NCBI GenBank assembly: GCA_022574655.1
Contig: JACZRQ010000002.1
Location: 5,696-69,695 of the forward strand
Direction: 5' to 3'
DNA: 64,000 bases
Source of the DNA: Chloroflexota bacterium
GTDB taxonomy: Bacteria > Chloroflexota > Dehalococcoidia > SM23-28-2 > RBG-16-64-32
Under the pieces are notes generated by a model. The model was not told the DNA's origin. It ran no database searches and saw nothing but the letters and a program-made list of their open reading frames with translations. Below, one piece after another: positions 48,038-55,826 of the stretch. Position 1 is the stretch's first letter; each line of letters starts with the position of its first letter. The position numbers and the translations under genes were made by a program.

Positions 48038-48997
48038 ATGTGGCAACTCCGACCTAATCCCATCCGGCGATTCGACAGCTGGAGATTGGAACAACGCCCA
48101 GCAAGTCTCGTTTGGCCGATACGTCTGAGCCCGCTCGCCCTGCTTGTGGCAACGGTCATGCTCTCCTACGCGTGCGGCGACCAAAGCAACGACCGGATCG
48201 TCTTTAGCACCGATCGAGATAACGATGCGGGTGCGGTGTACATCATGAACGGAGATGGATCGAATCCGACGAGGCTTACCAACTCTCCGGACGGCGACAA
48301 CGATCCCGCATGGTCTCCAGATGGAACGCAGGTAGCGTTCACCAGATTACACCCCCCTGACAACTTCGAGATATACATAGTCAACGCTGATGGAACCGGC
48401 GAATTCAACCTCACTGATCACAGGTCCTGGGATCTTCATCCTGAGTGGTCGCCAGACGGCCGTCGCATTGCCTTTCAATCGTATCGATTTGACATCCGTG
48501 TCGGCCGGTCACAATGGCATGTATACGTTATCGACGTCGACAGCGGTGCCGTCACACAGCTGACCACTATGTCCGGAGACTCCCCGGCATGGTCGCCTGA
48601 CGGCTCTCGCATAGCCTTCAGCGGGCAGGACGGCGAGATCTACCTTATGAATTCTGACGGAAGCGACGTCGTCCGCCTGACAGATCGTGCTCATAACGAC
48701 TCCGATCCAACCTGGTCACCGGATGGCACAAAGCTGGCATTTACTTCAACCCTCAACGGCAACGACGAGATTTTCGTGATGAACATCGATGGATCTAACG
48801 CAGTTAACCTCACGAAAAGTCCGGAGCGGGAATTCGATCCGGCTTGGGCGCCGGATGGTGCGCGCCTTGCCTTCACGAGGCTCGTCGACGCCTCCAACTT
48901 AGAGATCTTCGTTATGAACGCGGACGGGTCCGAGCAGATAAACATTACCGACAATCCCAGCGTGGATCACAAAGCCGACTGGCTTCGCGAGCCGTAG
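48038..48997 (+). CDS. TolB-like beta-propeller (PD40 repeat) lipoprotein
   Basis: Five clear D/H/S-P-x-W-[SA]-P-D-G-x-x-[ILV]-A-F repeats and LSYA-C lipobox. Start uncertain. Confidence 0.85.
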   Translation: MWQLRPNPIRRFDSWRLEQRPASLVWPIRLSPLALLVATVMLSYACGDQSNDRIVFSTDRDNDAGAVYIMNGDGSNPTRLTNSPDGDNDPAWSPDGTQVAFTRLHPPDNFEIYIVNADGTGEFNLTDHRSWDLHPEWSPDGRRIAFQSYRFDIRVGRSQWHVYVIDVDSGAVTQLTTMSGDSPAWSPDGSRIAFSGQDGEIYLMNSDGSDVVRLTDRAHNDSDPTWSPDGTKLAFTSTLNGNDEIFVMNIDGSNAVNLTKSPEREFDPAWAPDGARLAFTRLVDASNLEIFVMNADGSEQINITDNPSVDHKADWLREP

Positions 48998-49399
48998 CAG
49001 GTCTGGCGGCGGCGCTGTTATGCGTCCGCCGCAAAAGGAGTCGTCGGAGGGACGATCGGGAACAACTCAGCGACGGCGGAGGATGGTTGTCAAAGCTCTC
49101 CTGCGCCGATTGAAGCCCTGCCGACCGGAACATCTCTGTTCAATACGGTCGGAGTTCGCCTAATTTGTTGACTTTGGGAGCTGCCGCGCAGCCCCATCCG
49201 TATCTCCCTACCGTCCGACCTGTGCACCTAATTACCAGGCAGATAGTCGTGCGGGCCTGTGGGTGCCCAGATGTCGTCCGTGTCAGCCACGTTGGCAGTC
49301 GATCGAAGAATTCTTGATCCGTCTCGTTAGGATTCCGGATCTCAAGTCCGGGGGTCGGGGGCCTATTCCAGCCACGGTGTGCCGCATCCGGCTAGGCGA

Positions 49400-49548
49400 A
49401 TTGCCGCGCGCTCGAACGCGATGAGGCAGCGTCGATAGTAGCAGTTGGGGTAGACCTCACCGCCCGGCGAGTACGATCTCGTCGCGTTCGGCACCTTCCA
49501 TCGCCTCGTCTGACGGTAGGCCGTACAGGATGGGTACGACGGCATCAG
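49400..49548 (-). pseudogene. Degenerate fragment of a small Cys-containing hypothetical protein
   Basis: SDAVVPILYGLPSDEAMEGAERDEIVLAG, then a frameshift to GEVYPNCYYRRCLIAF. Resembles the VVPIxYGxP..E..E.AERGE.VLGGC family. Confidence 0.45.
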
Positions 49549-49743
49549 ACCTTCCTCACTCACAAGGTAGGGGTCTGAATCCTATCGTTGCTGCCCATCA
49601 CGTCGCGTCGTTCCTTCAGCAACATCACTCACTCTGCTGGCGACGAAAGTCAAGCGTCCGAAAGATCGTCGGCGCGGCGCTCGCCGCCGTGGGCGCGACC
49701 GAGATCGACCATCCTGTGGGGGCTCAATATTCATCCGGTCCGC

Positions 49744-50587
49744 TCAGGCAGCCTCCCACTCGTATTCATGATGTAAACCGCCGAGCACTGGATGCGCCTT
49801 GACCCGGCCGCGATCCGGCTCTACCAGGCGGACAGGGGACCCGTTCGGCGGCACCAAGCCGAGTGAGCGGTGCGGTCGCCCCTGATTGTAGTGCGCTGCG
49901 TACTCCTTCAAGACGAGCCGAAGGTGCCTCTCGTTGATGTGATCAGGTGGTCCAGACACTCACGCCGCAAGGTGCCGATCAGGCGCTCGGCGATAGCATT
50001 CGCCTTGGGTGCCCGGACGGGGGTCAGCAGCGTCTCGATCCCGAGCTGGGCGGCGTCGCGGACGAAGGTAACGCCGTAGCAGCGGTCGCGGTCCCGAATT
50101 AGATAGCGGGGCTGTTCGCCCCAGGGAGTGGCCGCGATGAGCTGGCGCCAGACCCACCGCGCAGTGGGATGCGCCGTCACGTTGAGATGCACCAGCCTTC
50201 GGCGTCCATGGCTGATGAAGAAGAACACGTACAGCGTCTGCAAGCCAACGGCGGGGACGGCGAAAAAGTCGGCCGCCCAGATGTGCGGGGCGTGGTTGCG
50301 GAGGAAGGTCCGCCAGGATTGTGCTGGCGGCCGGAGCCCCGCCCGCCGTCTGTAGCGCCGGATCGATTCTGCGCCGACGTCGTAGCCAAGCTTGCGTAGT
50401 TCGCCTTGAATGCGGACGCTGCCCCAACGAGGGTTCTCGCGGGCGAGCCGCTCAATCAGAGCACGAAGCTCAGCCGACAGGCGCGGACGTCCAGGACCGC
50501 GACGGCGGCTCTTCCATGTCCAGTAACGCTGCCAGGCGGTGCGGTGCCAGCGAACGACCGTGTCCGGCTGGACAATGACCACAGCGG
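49744..50587 (-). mobile_element. Integrase-core (rve/DDE) transposase remnant, 5'-truncated and frameshifted
   Basis: GRPRLSAELRALIERLARENPRWG, WAADFF, LIRDRD, NAIAERLIGTLRRECLDH, then another frame INERHLRLVLKEY..HYNQGRPHRSL...LGGLHHEY. Confidence 0.88.
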
Positions 50588-51237
50588 AACGCCACGAGGT
50601 CGAAGCGGTGATCGCCCGCGCACGCACCCTCCCAGTCGACGATCCCGGTGAGCGTGCCGTCATCGAGGGCGAGCACGTTGTCGGTGTGCAGGTCGAAGTG
50701 GACGAGCCCGCTCGTCGGGAACCATGACGGCTCGGCGTCGGCGCCGACCGACTCGACGAAGTCCATGATGCGACGGGCGCGATCGGAGTGCGCTCGGAGC
50801 GAGTCGTGCTGCGCCCAGCCGTCCTCGCCGACCGTGAGGGTGTGGATCACGAACTCGCCCCACCCCTGCAGCGCTGGTGCCGGTTGCGGACCGCCGACGA
50901 TGCCGGCGGCGGCGGCAACGCACTCGATCATCCGGTCGACCAACGGGGGCGGCGCGATCGGGAACGATCGTCCCGGCAGCACCTGCTGCGCGGAGAGCGT
51001 CCACCCGTCAACGGCGCGCACGAACGGGTACTCGGGCACAGGCACGCCACGCGAACGCAGCACGTCGAGGGCGGGGAGGAGCACCGCGTAGCGGTCGGCC
51101 ACGCCCTCGTCGGCGAACCACTTCAGGACGACGCGCGCGCCATCGGCAGCGATCGCGAACCATGCGCCGCCTGACTCGCCCCCTGGTGCACGGCCCTCCA
51201 GCTGGAAGCCGAGGTCGCGCAGCTGCTCCGGGTTCAC
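50588..51237 (-). pseudogene. Aminoglycoside-phosphotransferase-fold kinase, 3'-truncated
   Basis: VVLK, GVPVP, HFDLHTDNVL (Brenner motif) and IVDWE. Similarity ends at DHRFDLVAFR, where integrase sequence begins. Confidence 0.75.
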
Positions 51238-51362
51238 GTCTTGGGCGGCGCCTCGCCTTCCGTGGCGAAGAGCACCCAGAACCAGTGCTCCGAACGCGGT
51301 GCGCGTCCCTCGACGTTCGTGTAGTTCGAGAACACGGACGAAATAACCTCACCGAAACTCAG
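51234..51362 (-). pseudogene. DUF805-family N-terminal fragment
   Basis: GAGGAGGT RBS, then CTG in place of ATG: (L)SFGEVISSVFSNYTNVEGRAPRSEHWFWVLFA, then unrelated TEGEAPPKT-stop. Confidence 0.65.
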
Positions 51363-51769
51363 TGGTTTCTACCTCCTCGCCGTAGATCACGATGTCGCCC
51401 GTCTGAAACTCGGTCTGGACTCCAATCTAACACCTCGGCGTGCGCCTTTTCTACGCTACGCTCATGACCGAGGCAAAGCATCCGGTTTCGCCGTCAGGCG
51501 AACAGACCCACAGCCGATAACACCCCGCTCTAGTGCTCGCCTCCACAGATACGGCGCTCTAGTGTTCAGGCGTAAATACTTGGGAAGCAGATGCTCTCCC
51601 GAACCGAGCTACTCCCGCTCGATTTCAGAGTCGGCTAAACCGAGATCCTCAGGTGGCCTCCGCCACTGATGGTGGGCGCGTATCTCCTACTCTTCTCCAC
51701 AGGGGGGGATGCCTCCGAAATGAACGAGAACGAAGGGAGAGATCTCAGCCGCCACCGGCTCACCCGCGT

Positions 51770-52360
51770 TCAGGGCTCTGGCTTCGTGCCGGCGCGTGCA
51801 GGGAACGCGGGAGCACCCTCTTCACGCTCGACCCGCACGGCGTTCGTGAAGAACGAGACGGTATGGTACTGGCCCACGACTGCCAAGAGCTCGATGAGCT
51901 GGGAGGGATTCCAGTTCTCTGCGAGCTTCTTCCACAGTCCGTCGGATACGGTAGCGGTCTCATGTAGCTCGTCGACTAGCTGCAGAAGCAGGGACTGGCG
52001 CTCCGACCACACCAGGTCGTCGGGCGAGCCGGTGACCGTGGCCTCGATCTGCTTCTCGGAGAGGCCGAGGGGCTGCCCGTATGCCAATACATGGACCCCC
52101 CACTCGTATTCTGAGCCGCACCGCGCGCAGGTGCGATGGATAACGATCTCGCGTTCTAGCGGGTCAAGGGCCCCATAGTTCAGGAGGTAGGCGCCAGTGC
52201 TACGCAGCTTATCGAGGATGTAGCGGTTATGCGCCACCGTGCGAAAGAGCTTCAGAGGCTCCATTTCCGGGGGCATCATCCGCTTGAGTATCTGGGCGAC
52301 CTCGGGGTCGTAGGGGGGCTCAAGCGGCGCGATCCGAGGGCTATCGTTCGGGCTTTTCAT
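51770..52360 (-). CDS. Carboxymuconolactone decarboxylase (CMD/AhpD-like) family protein
   Basis: RIAPLEPPY, LFRTVAHN, EREIVIHRTCARCGSEYEWGVH motifs. Confidence 0.85.
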   Translation of the reverse strand: MKSPNDSPRIAPLEPPYDPEVAQILKRMMPPEMEPLKLFRTVAHNRYILDKLRSTGAYLLNYGALDPLEREIVIHRTCARCGSEYEWGVHVLAYGQPLGLSEKQIEATVTGSPDDLVWSERQSLLLQLVDELHETATVSDGLWKKLAENWNPSQLIELLAVVGQYHTVSFFTNAVRVEREEGAPAFPARAGTKPEP

Positions 52361-52400
52361 TTGGCGCGTCCCTTCCTGAGTGGTCACGACCGGACTTCTC

Positions 52401-52571
52401 CTAACCTTCCACATTTCTCGAGGAGCGGCGCACCTCGGGGAGCTGCCACTCCAGCTGGATATGGCTCCAGGGGACCTCTGGCATCCGGACGAGAGCGGGG
52501 CCTTCGCCCATCGCGCAGAAGGCCATGCTCACGCCGTCCTTGGTCTGCGCGTACTGGATGCGCGGCTCCAT
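52401..52571 (-). pseudogene. N-terminal fragment of an alpha/beta-hydrolase-fold signalling protein
   Basis: MEPRIQYAQTKDGVSMAFCAMGEGPALVRMPEVPWSHIQLEWQLPEVRR, then a stop after 56 aa. Confidence 0.65.
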
Positions 52572-52850
52572 GGCGGGACTATACTACATCATCGCCACCG
52601 ACCCTGCACCCAGTGCTACGCCGCCATCCTAAGCGTAATGCGGTAGCGGTACCTAATTTCCCTTGATCGATACGGATGGGAACCGTTCCGTCGAGCTCTA
52701 CGCTGCCACCCTCAAATCGAAGCTACGGGGCGTTACCGAAGGAAGAACATGACCATGATCTTTGTCGGCCCGCCGTAGGTGAGCCGCGAAGCAGCTTGCA
52801 GGAAGGCCCGCCAATCGGCGGGCCTTCCTGTGTGTGGCTGCCTGCGGGCA

Positions 52851-54212
52851 CTAAACTTCAGTGTCGACGAAGTAGGAGGAGCTGGCCAGGTCGATCCACT
52901 CCGGCGTCAGGGCGGGCTTCTCCCCGTAGAACCTCGTGATGTCGCTCAGCAGATCGATGAGATCGCGCGGGTGGCATCCCCGGTAGCTCCGGCCGGTCTT
53001 GTGGTAGTAGACGTCCATCAGGTAGCGGGCGCCTTCGTCGGAGTACGGCACGTCACGCTCCTTGCAGACGCGCTGGAGGATCTCCAGGAACTCTTCCTCC
53101 GACGGGTCTGGCACCTGCACCTTGTGGCGGATGCGACGGAAGAACGCCTCGTCTCCTAGTTTGCCGGGCGGGATGTTCGTGGAGAAGATGAGGAGCGTCT
53201 CAAACGGCACCTCCACGGTATCGCCGGAATGGAGGAAGAGGTGATCGACTCCTTGCTCCATGGGGACGATCCAGCGGTTCAGCAGCTCCTGCGGCTGCAC
53301 CGCCTGGCGGCCGAAGTCATCGATGACGAGCACGCCGGTGTTCGCCTTCCACTGTAGGGGGGCAATGTAGAACTTAGATACCGGAGAGTAGCGCAACTCC
53401 AGGTCCTCCAGCGTTAGCTCCCCTCCGGCCGTCACGATGGGGCGCTTGGTCTGCACCCAGCGTCGGTCGCGGCGGCGCTCTAACCCGTTCGAGCGTTGTG
53501 CGGAGCCTGCCAGCCGGTGGTCTTCATCCGTCTCCTCAGCAACCGGGTGGTGCAGGCGCGGGTCAAAGACCTTGATGATCTGTCCGTGTGTTTCAATGGC
53601 GTAGGGTATCAGCACCTGGCCGGGAAGCATCGTGCCGATGGCTAGCGTGATCGAGGTTTTGCCGTTGCCGGGCTCTCCGTAGATGAAGACGGACCGGGCG
53701 GAGTTCACAGCCGGCCCTAGCGGCGCCAGCACTTTCCGGCTCAGCACTAGGTGCGATAGCCGGTCGCGGAAGGTGTCGCGGTCAATATGGACATCCCTGA
53801 TGGACTGGCGCTTGAGGATGTCTATATATAATGAAAAGGGCACCGGCGCCGGGCCGACATATTGGTTTCTTCCCAGCGCCTCCTCAGCTTTCTCAACGCC
53901 GCGCCCCGTGAGGGCATATTGGTAGGCCTGCTCACCGACTCCCGCACTACCGACGACCTCCACGGCTTGCTCCTGGCGCAGGAAGGTGATCACCTCTTCC
54001 ATGACAGGGAAAGATAGGGCAAGCTGCTCTGCTAGCTGCCTGCCGGAGGGCCGGCCGGAGAAGTGGATCGCCTTCAGTACCAGGTCAACGAGTAGCGCCA
54101 GGTCAAGCCCGGTGTCATCGATACTGGTGGGTTGTGCCACAAACGGAGTGGGAGGGGCGGAAGAGACGTCTTTCGCTCCTCTGGTGATGGAGGCAGTAGT
54201 TTCAGCGGTCAT
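52851..54212 (-). CDS. AAA+ ATPase of unknown function with N-terminal winged-helix-like region
   Basis: Walker A GEPGNGKT, Walker B LVIDDFG, FSTN sensor and FFRRI arginine finger. Confidence 0.85.
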   Translation of the reverse strand: MTAETTASITRGAKDVSSAPPTPFVAQPTSIDDTGLDLALLVDLVLKAIHFSGRPSGRQLAEQLALSFPVMEEVITFLRQEQAVEVVGSAGVGEQAYQYALTGRGVEKAEEALGRNQYVGPAPVPFSLYIDILKRQSIRDVHIDRDTFRDRLSHLVLSRKVLAPLGPAVNSARSVFIYGEPGNGKTSITLAIGTMLPGQVLIPYAIETHGQIIKVFDPRLHHPVAEETDEDHRLAGSAQRSNGLERRRDRRWVQTKRPIVTAGGELTLEDLELRYSPVSKFYIAPLQWKANTGVLVIDDFGRQAVQPQELLNRWIVPMEQGVDHLFLHSGDTVEVPFETLLIFSTNIPPGKLGDEAFFRRIRHKVQVPDPSEEEFLEILQRVCKERDVPYSDEGARYLMDVYYHKTGRSYRGCHPRDLIDLLSDITRFYGEKPALTPEWIDLASSSYFVDTEV

Positions 54213-54266
54213 GTGTGAACCTCATCTCTAGACACGTGTTTCGTTCTCTGTTTCATCCTACGTAGA

Positions 54267-54293
54267 TCATCGCACGGAAACGGCGAAGCTGAA
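54267..54293 (-). promoter_or_regulatory. Sigma28/WhiG-like promoter motif upstream of the AAA ATPase
   Basis: TTCA-N15-TGCGATGA on the minus strand. Confidence 0.5.
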
Positions 54294-54303
54294 CCGTGCG
54301 CTC

Positions 54304-54723
54304 TCAGGCAGAGAGCAGCAGCTCTCGGGTTAGGTCGCCCCAACTGAAGAGCACCGCTGACAGCCGGCTACTCTCAGGGACCTGCGCACCGGTCCATTGG
54401 AGCAGTACTTCGTGAATCTGGGTCTCCGCCGCTCCCTCGCTATAGAAGTCCTGAGGGCGGAGAATGCCACAGTTGGAGCTGGCCTGCTGGACATTATCTT
54501 CATCCAGGACGGCAAGCGTCAGTGTGACGTAGTCCAGGCCGTACGGCCGGTGGGTCTGGCCCAACACCTCTCGACACCAGACAATGAGCGTGTTCGCCAT
54601 GTGGGTGCTGTCGCTCTCCAGTCGCCATGTGGTGTGATACAGGCCGACGCCGGCCTCTAAGGAACGGCGGACATGGTCGCGTAGAGACTGGCGCTGAAAC
54701 ACTCGACTGAGAGGGTTGGACAC
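54304..54723 (-). CDS. Hypothetical protein (139 aa)
   Basis: GGAGG RBS 5 nt before GTG 54723, with a sigma28-like motif upstream. Confidence 0.6.
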   Translation of the reverse strand: MSNPLSRVFQRQSLRDHVRRSLEAGVGLYHTTWRLESDSTHMANTLIVWCREVLGQTHRPYGLDYVTLTLAVLDEDNVQQASSNCGILRPQDFYSEGAAETQIHEVLLQWTGAQVPESSRLSAVLFSWGDLTRELLLSA

Positions 54724-54766
54724 AGAGGCCTCCGCGACGGCCCCATTGCAGCGGCCGCAAATGGAG

Positions 54767-54793
54767 TATCGACAGGCCAACGACAAAGGTTGA
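54767..54793 (-). promoter_or_regulatory. Sigma28/WhiG-like promoter motif
   Basis: TCAA-N15-GTCGATAC on the minus strand. Confidence 0.55.
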
Positions 54794-54802
54794 ACAGCGG
54801 GC

Positions 54803-55252
54803 TTATCGAGCATCTTCAGGGCGGAGGACCAGTGCTGCATAGATGGAGAAGGCGCCCAGGAACGCCAGGGCTAAGCCGGAAAGCTTGGGCCAAGGCCCAA
54901 CGCCACCGCTGGCGACGCCGGTCGCCGGCAGTGTGGCCGGCTCTCTGGGAGCTATCGCTACCGCCGGCGCAAGCTCTGAGACGTAGGTGGGGGTAGGCTG
55001 CGGCGCGGCCATGCTGGAAGAGGTCTCGCTCATGGGGCCAGCGGCGGTGGAAGAGGTCTCGCTCACGGGGCCGGCCGTGCTGGAAGAGGTCTCGCTTACG
55101 GGGCCGGAGGCGGTGGAGGAGGTCTCGCTCACGGGGCCGGAGGCGGCGCCGGAGGAGATGACCCCACTCCAGAGGAGGAGCAGGGCGAGCACGCCGCCGG
55201 CCACAATAGCGCGGCGTGCCCAGTGGCTGCATCTTCCAGCTATGGTACCCAT
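54803..55252 (-). CDS. Small secreted Ser/Thr-rich repeat protein with LPxTG-like sorting signal
   Basis: N-terminal signal peptide, four 11-aa repeats, LPATG, hydrophobic helix, and R-containing tail. Confidence 0.65.
   Translation of the reverse strand: MGTIAGRCSHWARRAIVAGGVLALLLLWSGVISSGAASGPVSETSSTASGPVSETSSSTAGPVSETSSTAAGPMSETSSSMAAPQPTPTYVSELAPAVAIAPREPATLPATGVASGGVGPWPKLSGLALAFLGAFSIYAALVLRPEDAR
55013..55144. repeat. 4 x 33-bp coding tandem repeat
   Basis: Unit G[CG]TGGA[AG]GAGGTCTCGCT[CT]A[CT]GGGGCC[AG]G..G., head to tail with no spacers. Encodes (S/A)GP(V/M)SETSS(T/S)(A/T/M). Confidence 0.95.
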
Positions 55253-55256
55253 GGCT

Positions 55257-55296
55257 AAACAAGAAAGCCGCCGGCTTCAGCGCGAAGGCGACGGCT
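55257..55296 (-). terminator. Intrinsic terminator-like hairpin between riboswitch and ATG
   Basis: AGCCGTCG-C-CTTC-gcgct-GAAG-C-CGGCGGCT followed by TTCTTGTTT, 4 nt before the start codon. Confidence 0.65.
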
Positions 55297-55318
55297 GAAC
55301 ATCCTCCGATTTTTCCTC

Positions 55319-55440
55319 TTCGGCAGCTCGGCCGTCGTTCCCGCTGTGGGAGTAGACCCGGAGCTTTGCGCCCGGACAAATTGCCGGGGGCCTTGCGACC
55401 AGGCGTGGTTTCCCACGCCGTGCCCTTTCGGAGGTCTATT
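55319..55440 (-). ncRNA. c-di-GMP-I (GEMM-I)-like riboswitch, atypical 5' half
   Basis: GCGCAAAGCTCCGGGTCTA...GACGGCCGAGCTGCCGAA matches the GEMM-I 3' signature. Upstream GNRA hairpins include GGCGTGG-GAAA-CCACGCC. Confidence 0.55.
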
Positions 55441-55654
55441 CTGTTGTCTTGCGGATTGGGCCAGGGGACGCCAGCCAGGCCCCGCCTCCTGAACGCGCGC
55501 CCCCTAGGCCCGTAGCCCGATCTCGCAGCCATTCATAAAGAGTGGCTGTAGATCGCTGGAGTAAGTTGGCACCCATAGCCTCAGTGCCCGTTTCGCGCGC
55601 CAGGCTCGCATCCTGCTCCCCAGCGTCGTTCACGAGATCTGGACATCCTTGCCC

Positions 55655-55681
55655 TGAACGGTGCGGTTCTTTAGCCGATAC
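55655..55681 (+). promoter_or_regulatory. Sigma28/WhiG-like promoter motif upstream of the vWA-FHA gene
   Basis: TGAA-N15-GCCGATAC. Confidence 0.62.
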
Positions 55682-55826
55682 TACTGTTGGACGCTTGATT
55701 CGACAGCCACCAACGATCGGTTCGCACCGATGCTGTCGGATCGCGCCGCATTGTGTCATAGCCATCATTGATATGTCAAGTGCAAGTTCCATGTCTATTC
55801 AGATCAGAACGGGAGAATCGCACGGT

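Noticed and set aside
48250-48960. Periodic nucleotide similarity as a DNA repeat element
   Set aside because: It is explained by PD40 beta-propeller protein repeats.
49121-49152. Nested hairpin CCGACCG-GAACA-TCTC-TGTTC-AATA-CGGTCGG as ncRNA or operator
   Set aside because: It is a single short instance, half-site spacing does not fit the operator, and I recognise no RNA family.
49930-49960. Programmed frameshift in the transposase
   Set aside because: No slippery heptamer is present, and the break falls in the late catalytic core, which fits a simple 1-nt deletion.
50470-51237. Intact aminoglycoside resistance gene
   Set aside because: The last ~38 codons are out-of-frame integrase DNA, the C-lobe is truncated, and the APH fold alone does not imply an antibiotic substrate.
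55013-55144. 33-bp repeats as a CRISPR array
   Set aside because: Units are contiguous with no unique spacers, keep the reading frame inside a CDS, and no cas genes are present.
54816-55532. 238-aa ORF spanning the riboswitch region
   Set aside because: It is low-complexity Arg/Pro-rich, overlaps the better-supported LPxTG gene in another frame, and crosses structured RNA.
55542-55826. Long N-terminal extension of the vWA protein
   Set aside because: It contains the promoter motif. A GGAG RBS and signal peptide support GTG 55827.
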